From Chrysomallon squamiferum (lineage: Eukaryota > Animalia > Mollusca), in assembly GCA_012295275.1 (NCBI GenBank), contig CM022673.1, positions 4,526,001 through 4,590,000 of the forward strand: a stretch of DNA of 64,000 nucleotides, in the 5' to 3' direction. Within the stretch, counting starts at the first letter, position 1; each line of letters starts with the position of its first letter. The notes below the pieces were generated by a model, which saw nothing but the letters and a program-made list of their open reading frames with translations, ran no database searches and was not told the DNA's origin. Made by a program: the position numbers and the translations under genes. Below, piece after piece: positions 24,401-39,800 of this stretch.

Positions 24401-27400
24401 TTTATTTGTTTGTTTGTTTGTTTGCTTATTTGTTTATTTATTATTTATTTTGGTTTTACATGTATATTATTAATTAATTGTGACTGTTCTTCAGCATTAA
24501 AATAAAAAGATGTTCATTTATTTTCATAATATTATTAATTCAGCTGGAGAAGGAAGAAAATTATTATTTAATTTTTTTTTTTTTTTTTAAAACAACAAAT
24601 ATAATTATATTTTTTCATAAGAAATTTTGTAAAAAAAAATCATTTAAAATCTATGAATTTGTCTTTAACAAAAAAAAAAAATACCAGCAAAAAATTAAAA
24701 TTTTAATAATAAAAGAGACAGATCTTTGATAACTGACAGCAAAGAAAAGATGAATTTGCACACGACTGTCAGACAAATCTGTATTTTTTTCTAATGAATA
24801 TTTCAAAACACAGACAAATTGATGACATTGTTAGAAAAGTCATTTAAACTGTGCTAAGATTTCAGTTTGAAGAAACTGATGTCATATGATGTAAATCATT
24901 AAATAAATAATGATGATGATAAACCTCTCTACGGTATCATCAGTAACAATAATAATCAGCAAAGATACCAAAAATTAGTAATGCTACTATTACTACTTCT
25001 GTTACTACTATTAATAATAATAATAGTAATATCAACTATAACAGTAACATATATAATAATAAACAACAGTACCACTAATAAAACTACTACTAATAATAGC
25101 AATAATAACAACAGCAACAAAATAAAATATATTTAAAATGCATTTTGAAAATATTCTAATATAAACAATGCTTTTTTTTTTAAATATATATTTTTACAAG
25201 TTTTATTATTATTGTTGTTGTTGTTATTATTATTGAAAATATATGTTTACAAATTTTTCAAATATATATCACATTTTGCTAATGTGTAGCTTATGCATTA
25301 ATATTATTATTATTATTTATTTTTAAGATATGTCTACATTAATTCCCATTCAGTTTATTCCAACCAGCCATTAGAAATATTGATGGTTCAACCATATCTG
25401 TTGTGAACCTTGATTGTTGCCTAAAACACTATTAAAATGTTAGTAAAATACTTAGAAGACAGAATGTAGTAGTTTTTACGTTTCTCTAATTAGATCCGTC
25501 TTGAAATCGGTACCAGGATTTGAACTCTAAACCTTTCAGTCTGAAGGTCAGTGATGGGATGACTACCCCGTTAGATGCATTCAATATGTCATATCTGGCA
25601 GCTCACTAACAAACAGGTGTCTCATTAAACAAATAATTTCCTCTGGAAGCTCATAATTAATAATGTATTAGATTACACAGTGAGCCCATTTCCTCACACA
25701 GTCATAATGAACAAGTGAAAAATGGCCACTTACTTCTGTCAGAATTGTAAGATCAGAACAAAAATATTTTTATATTCAGTTATTCAGTGGTGTCATGATT
25801 TTCTTTGGAACTCTGTAATTCTTTTGCCTTTTTTTTTTTTTTTTTCCCTCTCTTTCTATCTTTTTGATATTTTTTTTCCCTCTGTTTATATTTTTTTCTC
25901 TCTCTCTCTTTACTACTCTTCTTTCTTTTGGTCTCTGTTGTTTTTTCTTCTCTTTTTCCTCACCTTTTCCTTCTATTCTTTCTCTTTTCCTTTTCTCTTC
26001 TTTCTCTTCTTTCTCAGTTTGCTAATTAGTATCAGTTTAGATGATTGCTTTTTCAAAAGTGGATTTGTATCTGTAACAAACATAATATACATTACAGGTT
26101 TTTATTTTGAATGTAATTTTGTTTTTAACTTCATCTTTTATTTTTTACTTCCTTTTATGATGTTTTAATTGTTTCTTTATTTTCTTTTCTAAATTCTCCT
26201 TTTTTGAATGTCTATAATACTTTAGTCTCTGTGTGTGTGTGTGTGTGTATGTGTGTGTGTCTATTTGAGTGTGTGATCACATAAAATTCTTTTTGTTTTC
26301 ATGATTTTTCTCTCATTGTTTCTGCTGTTTTAATACAATTTCTGTTTCTTTGTCCTAGTTTTCTTCAACTTCTATCATATTTTTTTTCATAACTTTCATG
26401 TAACTCTTTTTCAAAATTTTCTCAAATTCTTTTTTCATCACCATTCTCAAATATTCCTTCTTCTTTTTTTTAAAGATTTTACTCAAATTGTTCTCTTAAA
26501 TTTTTTTTTTTTACCACACTTAAATGTTTTTGCCCCCAAGAAGATCTTCCGAATGTTCTACCTTTCTGCTGTCTAACATAACATGATAGCGTACAAATGC
26601 AATTCTAGCAGCTTCTGCCCATTTCACCCAAGTCATTCAATTACCCTGGAATAAATTGCAATTTTTGTCTCATTCTAAAAGTAACCTTTTCACAGCAAAA
26701 TGGCCGACCATTTACTACATGACCAGAATTCACAGCAGCCACTGTTTGTTTGTGTTTGTGAAACCATTGTGAAGATAATACAGACTCCTTATTTTTTTCT
26801 CAACAAGGCAGAAAGATTTTATCACCAAAACAAAATTAAAAAAAAAAAAAAACATTTAAAAAAAAGCAAAAAAATAAAAAATTTCTCTGAATTACTAGAA
26901 CTGCGTTTTGAATTTTCGAGTAAATTTAACGCAGTATTTCTGTTGACAAGGAAACGGAGTTTTGTTTGGCAATGGACAAACCTTTTTTTTTTAATACATT
27001 CTGCAGCATATTTGCAAGAATTGAGTTGTACAGTGTCAATCAGTCTCCTTAACAGCATGGGTGATTAGGAATTCTGTTCACATGCATGTCCTGTAAAGAA
27101 AGGCCTCGACACTCCCTGAGCTGTCATTAGGATTTAGTCGCAAGATCTCTGTGACTCGCCAAGGTGGTTTTGCCAATTCGCACTAAATGCAAAGATTAAC
27201 TCCTAGCAAGCAACTGTGGGGTCTTTCATTGTAGTATATCTCCTCCTGTCAGACAAAAACCATTCATACAGAAGTTCTCATTTGTAATTTCTGTATTAGT
27301 TCCATCTTTCCTGTGGTGGACATCTTTCTTATGCAGATATTCTCTTCAGAAAAGATAAAACCATTCTTGTAATAGTTTCATTTTTTTTGCTCTGTGTCAT

Positions 27401-30400
27401 AGTTCTGTCTACTACAGTGGAATATCCTGTTGTTTGCAGACGTATCTTTTAAAAAGAGGCCAGTTTTCATGTCTTTGCATTTGGATGTTTTTATTTATAA
27501 AGATATCCTTCATAAAATAATTTTTTTGATATCTTATTATTGATAAAGTTGGCTCCTTAAAATCAGTTTTTACCACTTACACAGTAGATGTGCAGATATT
27601 TTTGTCGAGGGTTCTGTTTTTTCTAGAAGTAACAATACTTAATTATAAAAAAAGAAAAAGACAAGTAAAATAAATATTGGCTTCATTTATTCAGGACCGA
27701 AAAATATTTTTGGTTAAGCTGTTTGAAGCAGTTAATAGTAATAGTAATAATAATAATAATAATAATAAAAGAAAATACATTTAATACAGTCAGAAAGAGA
27801 ATACTGAAGTCAAACATTTAGAAAAAATTACCAGTTCATTGAATTCAAAATAAAACAAAAATTTTTTAAAATTTTTAAAATAGCCCTTCCTGCAATCACA
27901 GATGTATTATTTTTTTTTATTGTTATTGTTTTGTTTTTTTTCCTTCATTAGCTAAGTCTTTTTAATCTATTTTTGAGAAATAAAAATAAAAATTAGTTTA
28001 AATATCATTTTGAAGAAGAGAAGTACAAATACGTCACAAATCTTTGTTTGATGTTGTCTGTACTGAAAGCACTGAACTTTCTTCATTGCAGATGATTAGA
28101 ATGGTTTTGCTGAAGGCTAATATATGAAATAATTCAAAAATTGAAGAATGCTAAAGAGACATTGTTACGTTTTTTTTTTTTTTATTTTTTATTCATTTAT
28201 TTATTATTAGTAGTAGTAGTAGTAGTAGTAGTATTAACAGTTGGAATTCTAGCTAATTTAAACAAAGTTCATTAAACTGAATCCTACTAAGTGGCAGGGC
28301 AGTACAACATAATGAATAATCAGTAAACATGCGAATGTGCTAACACCTGTGAAATGATGGTCCTCCTAATTAACAAAAGAAATAACCTTTCATATTAGAC
28401 ATTCAGTTATTCTTTTGTTTCTTGTTTGTTATTCTTTTGCCATTATTAATTTATTATTCATTATATATTAATAATTTGTTATTTTTTATTAACTCATTTA
28501 TTGTTTGGTTATTTTTTTTTATACATTTATTATTATTGCGTTATTCATTTGTTATTCTTTATTTCTCTATTAATTATTTCTTTATACATTTATCATTCAT
28601 CTGTTATTCTTTATTCATTCTTTCTTTTTTTTTTTTTTCATTTGATGTTCATTTTATTTTATTTTTTTATTCATTCTTTTATTTCTTTATTCTAATGGTC
28701 ACTAAAAATGACAGATCGTTTTGAATAATGAATACAAGACACGTACTCCAGCTGTCCTCAACAGAATCCTCTGATAAAGTTGGGGACTAAACCCATAAGA
28801 AGCAATCTTGAACATTTTCTGAATGAAAAATACAGAGTATTTAACCAGGTTATTTTTTCACACTAAATCATTCCTTTCTTGTAAATGATCTACAAAAAAC
28901 AAAAAAAACAGAATCAAAAGATGTGATCATGAACTTTTCTCTAACAGAAGCATGTCAATAACTGTCCATACAGAGAGAGAGAGGGAGACAATTACAAATG
29001 CAGAACCAGCCACATTAACAATAATAGATTATTTAATCCATAATTGTTTATTATTTTACTTTTACTAGTTTTATAGTGTGCAGAAGATCAAGGTTAAATC
29101 TGTCTTGCAAAAATCATTAACCCCAAAATTGTTTTTTTATCTAATTTTTTTTTTTTTTTTTTTTTTCGTTTTTTGAATTTTTGATTGTGTTGTAAAATAA
29201 TTAGTAATTTTCTTCTTTTTTGTTTTTTCTCATTAAAATGTATTGAACTGTTTCTGTCTAATTTTAGTAATGTTTGGTTTTACTGTCGTTTTTTTTTGTT
29301 TTGTTGTTTTTTACCCCCATTAAACATGTCTTTGTGCTTAAACAAAAGAAATTTTGAATCCTTTGAAAAGTCATTTTATTGGTTTTATTTTCAATTATGT
29401 TGAGAGATAATAATAATAATTATTATTATTGAAATCAAGGTAAAAACTCTATTGTTCTGTTATTGACTTCTACTTTAATGGAGGATGTTGTTTAAATAGG
29501 AATACAAATGGTTGTTGGTTTTATTATTATTGTTAGTGGTACAGACAATAGTAGTATTGGTAATAGTTGTAGAAGTAGTACTAGCAATATTAACTGCTTT
29601 AGAAGTAGCATTAATTACAGTAGGAACAACTATAGTAGTAATAGAAGTGGTAATAACAATTGTATTAGTTTTACAAGTAAAATAATTAATAGTATTTACA
29701 TAGTAGTAGAAGTAGTTGTAAAAACAGTTATAGCAGCAGTAGTGAAAGTAATAGTAATAGTAGAAATAGTAATTATAGAAACAGTAGGAATAGTTATTGT
29801 AGTAGAGGTTGTAGAATATTTGTATTAGAGTAGTAGTAATAGTAGTAGCAGTGACAGTAGTAGAGGTTGTAAATAATGATAGTATTAGCTGAATTATTAA
29901 TACTATTATCATTACCATGACTGTATCTTTTGCTATTATTTATTTAGTTGGCCATTTTACCATTTACATGACTGATTAATTATGAGGTGAAGGTATTTTG
30001 TTTATTTTGTCTCTCCATTTCCTCATTTATTTATTTTTATTTATTCATTCATTCATTCATTCATTCATTAGTTTATTTATTACTTACTGTATGTTAAATC
30101 AAAAATACTCTTAAATCATTACCTAATTACTTTCTTTTTCTTTTTCTTTAATTCTCTTCATCTCTTTCCATCTTTCAGTATTTTCTTTCTTTTCTTTTTT
30201 AAATATTCAAAAGAAAATCAAATTATAAAACCTTACCTTTGTGCTATATTTAGAAAAAAAAACAACAACAACAAAAAAACACATTTACAGATAACATCTT
30301 CTGCAACTAATATATATCTTCTCCCCCCTGAACATGACGTATTTTACTACTGAAGCTGTATTATTAGTCTCACATTAATTAACCAAAATGTTCTCCCATT

Positions 30401-31403
30401 ACACAAAGCTCTCTGCAGTATGGACAAATATCAAGCGTGTTCTGTAAAGATTTACTTTATTCTGTCAAAGTATTGGGTTAAGAGGAGCTATCTGTTCCAT
30501 CAAAAACTGCCAGATGACAGACAATAAGAAGTTGTAAAGTGATCTTCTTTCGGATAATATCACCGGTTGAAATGGATATCGTGTTACAAATTACTTGTAA
30601 ATTTAGAAGGAAGAAAAAAATTATTTATTGATGGGGCCAAGACACACCTTTATCTCTTTAGAGTATCATGATGGGTTTTTTTTTTTTCATTTTTTATTTA
30701 ATTATTTATTTAATTTTGTTTCTGTGTATGTTTATGTAAGTGTTTGTCATTTTTGTTTATTTATTTATTTAATTTTATTATATCTTTCAATTTTTTCTTC
30801 ATTTATATTTAATTAAAAAGGATATTCATTTTATTATTAAAAACATTTTATAATAACCATCATTATCATGATTAATGAAACTGATGACTAAGTAACATTA
30901 CCATTACTGCTGCTTTTATTATACTTTGATTTATATTGTTAGTACTAATTCTGCTGCTATTACAATTACTGCTACTTCAACTTTTATTGCAATGTTAGTA
31001 CTACTACTACTACTATTTATACTAGTACTACAGTGTGAGACCAGTTATTACTACTACTTCCACCAGTTATTACTACTATTACTACTACTCATTCTACTGT
31101 TATTAAAACTGCTATTTCTGCTATTATTACAACATTATTGCTACTTTTATCTCTATCACTACTTTACATATAATTCTTTGTTAGTGAAATACAGTGTTTT
31201 GTGATACATATTTATTAATTATTTTATGCCTGCAAGGACAATATTCAGGAAATCCTTTAAAAAAAAAAAATAAATAAATAAAAACATGTAAATGAATAAA
31301 AAATAATTAAATGCACATATCGTTAGACATATCAACACACACATATTTATATGCATAGATATACAGACATACAGATAGATGTGCAGACACAGGTACATAA
31401 CCA

Positions 31404-31442
<39 letters not shown>

Positions 31443-34400
31443 TGCCTTTATGTAATCCTTTCAGACACACATTACCTTAAACAAATAATAATACAACATA
31501 AATAAATCAATCAAAAAAACAAATGCCTTATCTGTAAAATTAATTTTATAATGAATTTTCTGTTCTGCTAGAAATCGTCTGTTTTAAATAAATAAAATAT
31601 TCATATTGTGAAATCAAATATTAGCATACATAGCATTTTTCAAACAGAGAATGGTAGAAATATTTTTACGTACACACGTATAATTTGTATAAAAATCTCA
31701 TTTCATATCACAGAACAAATGAGAAAACAACAACTGAGTTTTCCAACTTTTCTTCCTTGGAAAATTCACTGAATTATGGGTAATTCTTTTTATTTTAATG
31801 GTGATTATTGACAGTGACTGAGAACATACTAACAGAAGTATGGATTACAGTATTGAGTTAAAAACAATTAAAGTGAAATATTAGTCTCCTTTTTTTTTTT
31901 TTCCTTTCATTTTTCGTTTCATTTTTTAAATTATTTATTTAATTATTTTTCTTTTCTTTTTTTTTTCTATCCATTTTGAATTTCAAATTTTTACTTTTTT
32001 TTTTTAATTTTTATATTTTTAATTCAATTTTAATTCTATATAGATATATATTTTTTTATTATTATTATTATTATTTTGTTACATTATTCTAATCTGTTTT
32101 ATGACAAATTGTTTTTTAAATTAAATTCTTCTGCTGCCATCACTGGAAGACCCAATTTGAAATAGTTAGCTCAATTATTGTCATTTTTCTCTGTTCTTGT
32201 GCCAAATTAGCAAAACGACGAAGGCAGACCTCTGTCAGATTCGCTTTAAACCAACACACACACTGGAGCCAGCCTCAGACTTAATTAATAGAATTTGACA
32301 CAGTATGCCGATTGTACATTAAAACCGTTCAGACAATGCGAGACTCGCTAGCAGAAATTAGAGATATTTCTGCTCTTAAATTATGTAAAATTATGACCAT
32401 TATTATCACTCGTGTCGAATCATTTTCAATTAATTTCAAAAGATTGTTTGTCACATGCAGGGATTAAAAAAAAAAAAAAATAGTTTTTTGGTTTTAAATT
32501 AATGAAAAAAGAAAGAAAGATGAAGAGAAACGATGGGGTGTTTTGAAATTTTTACATGTTATTGTGAATTGGTTATAGTTACTTGTTTTTGGCACAATGG
32601 TGGTCTGGTCTGTGAAAATTAGGTTTAAGGTTAATTGTGAAATAATATTTTGTATGTGACAGTTGTTGGTACCAGTATTTTGGCACAACTGTTTGACCAA
32701 TCTGTGATGATTAGGGTTAAGATAAAATCTGTACTTTCATGACTGATTTATCATGAATCATTTTCAGTAAATATCTGCCAGATAACAGTGTGTTGATTGG
32801 TTACTCAGCATACATCCATCTATTCATTTTGTTTTATTAATCATTATTATTATTTTTTTTATTCTGTATTGTTACATTTTAATTTTTAATTTTTTCCTTT
32901 ATTATTGTTTCTTTTATTATTATTATGGTCATTATTTACATAAGTATGATATATATATATATGATATTTAAATCCAGATATTCATTTTTTTCAAAATAAA
33001 ATTAAATAAGTATATAATTCTGTAAAAAATTTATTGTTCCTATTTATTTATTTTTTTTTTTTTTATTATTTATTTATTAATTTATTTATTTATTTATGTT
33101 TATTAAATATTTAAAACATTTTTCTATTTGTTATAATTATTATTTACATTATTATTATTACCATTATTAATTTTCATTATTTTATTTTATTTTATTTTAT
33201 TTATTATTTTTATTTCATTTAATTTTTTTGGATATATTCCACTATAAAGGAGATTCAAACGACTGTTATTAACTTTTCAAACCAGCAGTTATTTGTAAAT
33301 GTTTTGATAGTATATCATTTATAAAGTTTTCTTTGATAATATCAACATTCAAAAAAAAATCAATGAGTACACTTGGTCACCTAAATGTTCTAAATGTTCC
33401 TCTAAAATTATTGAAAATCTGTTTTAATATTCCTAGAATATTGTTACTTTTTGTAGCTAAAATGAATCCTGAGCTTTTTTTCTTTTTTTTTTTTTTAAAT
33501 TATAAGTTAATGATTTTTAATATAAAAGTATTTTAAATTAAAAATTTATGTATTTTTTAAAAATAAGAGAAAAAAAAAAGAAGACAATTTAAGATGAAAT
33601 AAAGTATTGAAAGTTGATAAAATAAAAAATTTTAAAAGTTAAATAAAGATTTACAAATTAACATAAGTAAAAATAAATTAATAAAATATAATTAACAAAT
33701 TATATAAAATTAAAAATTAATATAACTGGAAAAAAGCAACTTAAAACGAAATAAAATATTGGAGGTTAATAAAATTTAAAAAAATAAAAATAAAAATTTA
33801 CAAATTAATAAAAGTAAACATAATATAATAAATCATAAATAACAAATTATATCATATTAAAGATGAATAAAATGAAATCTAATGAAGTGATAAAAGATAA
33901 ATTAATAAATAAAAATTCGGACAAACTCATAAAATACATAAAAAAAATAAATAAATAAAAAACAAAAACAAACCCACAAAAGAACAAGCAAAAAAATCCC
34001 ATAAATAATAATAATTTATTTTTATTTTTTTTGAATTAATTATAAAAAAGCTCACGAAACAAATATTATACTTTTTTGCTTTAAACTGTATTGACAAATT
34101 AATAACTAATCTCAATATTTTCTCTTTTCTGACAAACTGAACTGAGATAATAAATCAAAACAAATCACAAAAGTTCAGATAAAAAGAGGATTTAAAAAGA
34201 CATAAAAATTCTGAGTGACAGGTGCCATCTTGTTTTGTGAGGAGTTTTATTACCTGCCATTTTCACATTTCAAATTCATACAAAGAGGAAATTGAAAATC
34301 ATTTAAACTGGCTTGATGATTTTAAATTAATTTTACAAATAAAAATAAAAATAATAATGAAAAAAAAAAAAATGTATTGCCTTGAAAGCTTAATCATGTT

Positions 34401-34454
34401 AGAAAGATTTCGTATTGGATCTGAGGATTTTATATCTGTCTCTTTGTTTGTTTG

Positions 34455-34624
34455 TGTGTGTGTGTGTGTGTGTACCATATATATACCTCTCTCCATGTGT
34501 GTGTGTGTGTGTACCATATATATACCTTTCTATATGTGTGTGTGTGTGTGTACCATATATATATATACCTCTCCATATGTGTGTGTGTGTGTGTGTGTTT
34601 GTACCATATATATATATACCTCTC

Positions 34625-34667
<43 letters not shown>

Positions 34668-34670
34668 ACC
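34455..34670. repeat. Compound minisatellite: (GT)n plus accatatatatacctctctccatat, about 4-5 units
   Basis: Directly visible. It explains the overlapping CVCV/THTH ORFs. Confidence 0.9.
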
Positions 34671-35337
34671 TCTCTATCTCATTTGTTTGCTTTTTCTTGT
34701 TTCTATCTCTCCACTTTTTCAGTCTTTCAACAGTTTATTATTTTTTTTTAATTTTACTTTTTTTTCTCTCTCTCTTTCCAATTAAGACACTTTTAACATC
34801 CTAATTTAGAAACATGATGTGTACCACTTGTTACTACTTATATGTCTTCTAGTGTTTTTTTTTTTTTCTTTCTTTTTTTTTCCCCAATTAAGTTTGAAGC
34901 CTGCAGAGTTGGAACAAATGGACGAAAAATTGATAGGTTTTTGAAAAGACATGAAACCAAATGAAGCTGCACTTACAAATTATTTTTAAAATAGTTTTTT
35001 GGGGGTACTTGTGTGTGTGTATCAGATGAAGTCGAAGGATGCTTTTTATGTCAAAGTGTTCTGAATTTATATTAGAGAAGTGTGTGTGTGTGCAATCACA
35101 ATAAAATGCTAATGGTTGCATCTGTTAATTTGTTATAGTATTACCTATATAGACTTACATATTACAATGTGTGTCTGTGTGTCTGTATTAATCTGGTGGA
35201 CAACAATGACATGGATGTCATTATTTATATAGATGTACATGTGAGTGTGTGTGTGTGTGTGTGTGCGTGTGATTTGAAATTTGTTTTTAAAAATTAAAAT
35301 TTAATTATCATTTGTATATATTTTTGTTTGTTTTCAG

Positions 35338-35418
35338 AGTAAGCCCTGAGTTAGGGGAAGCCATTCTTCTCAGTCTTGCTAACCTACTTGGACTTGAAGG
35401 AAAAGTCAATGATGTTCG
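35338..35418 (+). CDS. PTPRN: IA-2/PTPRN ectodomain exon (81 nt), VSPELGEAILLSLANLLGLEGKVNDV(R)
   Basis: Acceptor tttgtttgttttcag| and donor CG|gtaaga, phase 2-2. Parallels human LSLAAGVKLLEILAEHVHMSSGSFINIS. Confidence 0.88.
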
Positions 35419-35535
35419 GTAAGACATTTTTATTTCATGTTTATTTATGTTTAATAAATTGTGACAAAGTGTTCACCTTGTAGTTGCAGCAGATCACTGA
35501 GTGGAGGTTGTAGTTTCTTTTTTTAATTATTATTG

Positions 35536-35591
<56 letters not shown>

Positions 35592-35639
35592 TTATGATCA
35601 TAGGTTAACCCGAATGAAGCAATATATAAGCATTTAATT

Positions 35640-35810
35640 TTATGGGTAGGTGCATATTAAAGATTCCTTGTTGCTAATCTGTAGGAGTAGCCCAGTGAGT
35701 GACAGGTTCCCCTCCTGTGGTTCATTTTTACACAAAAGCTATATCCATCTGACCATCTGCCTGTTGATAGTAACCACAACATTTGTTGAGCTTTAGTTGG
35801 ACTAAGAAAA
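35640..35810 (+). mobile_element. Decayed SINE-like core fragment
   Basis: tatgggtaggtgcatattaaagattccttgttgctaatctgtaggagtagccca, same family as above. Confidence 0.6.
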
Positions 35811-36151
35811 GGCCCAAAGAACATTGTGAGCAGAACAGATCTTACAACCTACTCATATCTGTGCTTTTTCACAATCCAGCCACTGCCATTTCCAGTAAAC
35901 TGATATCAGTGCTACAACTGGTTAAGTAACTCATCAGCTAGCACTCTACCCACCAGACTACAGCTGCAGCCACAGATGTAAAGTAGCTGTCAGTGGTGAC
36001 AGAATGTCCTGTGGTGTTCGCAGCATGCCTCAGCACACTAACCAGTCAGACTGGAGTATATTCGTGTCAGCGCAGATTAAGTGTCCCACACTTTTACACC
36101 CAACTTGATACAACACGAAAATCAATAACATGGCAAAGTAACGAGACCCCG

Positions 36152-36425
36152 TGTTTTCCCCCAGTTACAGATCTCAGTCATGTTTCCCCCAGTTACAGCT
36201 CTCAGCCATGTTTTCCTCAGTTACAGCTCTCAGCTATGTTTTCCCCCAGTTACAGCTCTCAGCCATGTTTTCCCCAGTTACAGATCTCAGCCATGTTTTC
36301 CCCCAGTTACAGCTCTCAGCCATGTTTTCCCCAGTTACAGATCTCAGCCATGTTTTCCCCCAGTTACAGCTCTCAGCCATGTTTTCCTCCAGTTACAGCT
36401 CTCAGCCATGTTTTCCCAATTAGCT
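36152..36425. repeat. Minisatellite, 28/29-bp unit tgttttcccc(c)agttacag(c/a)tctcagcca, 9 full copies
   Basis: Directly visible. Degenerate copies continue to about 36785. Confidence 0.95.
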
Positions 36426-36840
36426 CATTCCCAATTATAGCTCAAACCCATGTTTTCCCATTTGACTCAAATTTGTGGTGGTGTTGTTGGGGTTGTTTTG
36501 CCGTTTAGCACAATTTGATCGGGTTTTTTTCCCCAGATATCTCATTTCAGTGTTTTTTCCAATTTAGCAGATCCATGTTTTTTTTTTTTTTTTTTTTTTT
36601 TTTCTATTTAACTCAACAGTACATTTTATTTTCCACATTAATTTAAACACCACATTTTTCCCCTGTTTAACTCAACCTCATTTGATTTTATCATTTTGGT
36701 CAACCTCATATTTTTTCCATTTAGATCAGCACCACATTTTTCCCTTTTACCTCAACACTGTTTTTCCCCATTCAGCTCTACCCAGATTTCAGTATGCACC
36801 TGAATAATTGGTTCTCTATAATATTGACAGTTTACCATTT

Positions 36841-36891
<51 letters not shown>

Positions 36892-39800
36892 GTTTTTTCA
36901 ACACAGCAAAGATTTTTAAATTAAAGAAAATGTTATTTTGTTAAATTTTATTGCTATTTTATTATATATTATTTATTTATTGTTTCTTTCATTTTATTTC
37001 ATTTTACATTTTACTGAATTTTACTTCATTATTTTATATTATTATTTTTATTTTTATTTTATTTTAAATTTTATTATTATGTTTCTTTTATTTATTTCAT
37101 TGTTAGTGTAATTTTATTTATTACTGTTTTACTTTTATTATATTTTATTTATCTTTATTTCAATTCTATATTACATTTCACTTTAACATTTATTTATTTT
37201 ATTTTATTTTTATTTTTATCTTCATTTCATTTCTGTGTTATTATATTTCATTATATTTTCTTTCTATTTTTTTTCTTTTTCTTCTTTTATCTAGTGTATT
37301 TTTTCAGTCTTTAAAATTAAATTAATGTGCAAATTACTAAATCTGATATGTCAGTGTCAAGACACAGGGCATCATTTCTCTCTTCCACTTTCCTGTATTC
37401 AGTAGATCACTGACTCTTTCATCAGACAAACTCTAAATCACACATTAATTTCTATAACATTCAATAATTGCTTTAATATCAACTATGACAGGTTAGTTAT
37501 TTTTTATCCATTAAACAAACAGAGGAAAGCAGAATTTATGTTTTACTTTCGTGATGAATCCATCATTTTTCATCATATTTTCAAACCCATTGAACGTTTT
37601 ACAAATCTATTATAGACATTTTTCTTCATCATTTTTTTTATTTATTTTACTTTTTTAAATTTTTGTTAAAAAAAAAAAGAAAAAATGAAAAAATGAACTG
37701 TTACTACTATAATAATATAAAATTGCTGTATTGAAAAATCTTGAGACACTGTTTTTTTCAATGATGTGATTCTGTGACCATATTAACAAAACCTGACATA
37801 ACTGTGGAGAGAGACCAAAAGTTAATTTGTATGGCTGCTGCTAAGTCATTATCTCGCGACATTAATAAGGCTTGGAAGTCTCCCAGTTTCCGACATGATC
37901 AAAAGACAACCTATTAAAGACCAGGGATATGGTTTCCTAATGGGCATGGTGGAGCTAATGTATCAGAGGCTCACAGCAAATATTCTTTGATTATATATCA
38001 GATGATAATTCCTAGCAACCAGCTCGTCATTTTTCTACCCAATCAGATCTAGCGTAAGATCTTGTCAAAGAAAGAAAGAAAAGAAAGAAAATTCTTTTTA
38101 CAATCTTGCTTGTAATTGGTTATATTTTTTTAATACAAATTTTTTTTTTTTTTTTTTAAATTAAATAAAATTCTATGATAAATATATAAAAATAAAAATT
38201 GGATGAGTTTGAAAATACTGATATTTCTATAGATTTGATTTGAAAAGAAACTGTAAAATCATTTTGGTTTTATTATTATTGTTGTTGTTGTTATATTATT
38301 TAAAATATTTATTATATTAAAGAAATAAAAATAACAGTTTGAAAATTTGCTATTTATTTCATTTGATTTTGAAAAACAATTCTTTTTAATTTAATGTACA
38401 TTTATTCATTTATTTATTTCTTTATCAATTATTTTATTTTATTTATTCATTCGTATTTACATTACCTTATCTGAACTTAACTTTTTTGTATATTTTATAT
38501 CACTTTATTTTCACTGAATAGTTCACAAACTAACAAACACATCATTCAAATAAAAGTACTGGAACTTTTACTGAATTTATAAATTACATTATCAGTGAAA
38601 AAAAAAACAGAACAGAAAGTAGATAAAAAAAAAGAAAAGAAAGAGAAGTAAAATAAAATAGATTTGTCTGTTTTTGTAACAAGTGGGAGATCAAGTAGTT
38701 AAAACTTTTCAGTTGAAGCAGACAAACATGTATCAGGTCATTCACCTTTTTGATCAGAAAATAATTAGCCCAGTTTCATCACATTTTAGCCTTCTTAATC
38801 AAGTAGCCAAAATTAAAAAAGTATGTGAATACTTTGAATTATCGTTTTATACAATATTCTGAGTTATCAAGGATTTCAATGACCAAAATCAAGCCAGTGA
38901 TTTTGAATGATTGAGAAAATTTGAGCTAGATGTGTGTGTATAGATGTATATACATATATGTGTGTGTATATATATGTATGTATGCATGTATGTATGTTTC
39001 TATACATGTGTATGTACATATGTTTTTAAGTGTAGATGTACATCAGAATGGATAAATGAGTATTTGGCAATAACTGGAGAATATGATCTCAAGAAACCAC
39101 AAAACTACAAAAACTACTTTCTGCCATGTGAATACACAGGGAAACATGTTTTCAATCATTGTTAGCTCATTGTGTGAAATACACAGGTGTGTGTCGGTGC
39201 AGCAGATTTTACACAGAAACTACTCAGTCATACAAGGCACATGCAGCATGTCTGTCTGTCTGTCCAACTCTTAAACTTAATTATGATTCAATTTCTGAAA
39301 TTCCTTTCTCTCTCAATATTTAATTTTTTTTTTACTGTAATTGTTATAATTGTATATGTATGTATCTGTCTATGTGTATGCATGTGGTGTGTGTGTGTGT
39401 GTGTGTGCATCTGTGTGTGTGTGTGCGTGTGTGTGTCACTGTGTGTGTGTGCATGCATGTGCGTGTCTCTGTGTTGTATGCATATGTGTATGTGTCCTGC
39501 CTGAAGCATTAAACAGTAGCCCAAGAATTCAAGGAGATATAAATTTGTGTAACTGGCAACATTATAAATAAGATATAGTTCTGATAACATAAGTGGTGAC
39601 AGTGGTAGTTGTGATAGTAGCAGTAATTATAGCAGTGGTAATACTAGTAGTAATTACAGAAGTAGTAAAATATTGATTTTAGTGGTCATGGTGGTGGTGA
39701 CGGTAGTACTTATTGTTAAAAGTACATAGAAGAAATAGTTACAATCAACATCGTCATAGCAGTTTGCAATTAATTAATTTAAAAAAAAAAAAATTATTAA

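Noticed and set aside
29475-29918. Thr/Tyr/Val-rich ORFs on both strands
   Set aside because: This is degenerate (AGT/AAT)n trinucleotide low-complexity sequence.
34222-34804. 187-aa and other CVCV/HTHT ORFs (also 39187-39590, 51337-51642, 53347-53889)
   Set aside because: They are translations of dinucleotide microsatellites.
35993-36508. 171-aa and overlapping ORFs; CRISPR-like appearance of the 28/29-bp repeats
   Set aside because: These are head-to-tail repeats with no spacers in a eukaryotic intron. The ORFs come from a stop-free minisatellite.
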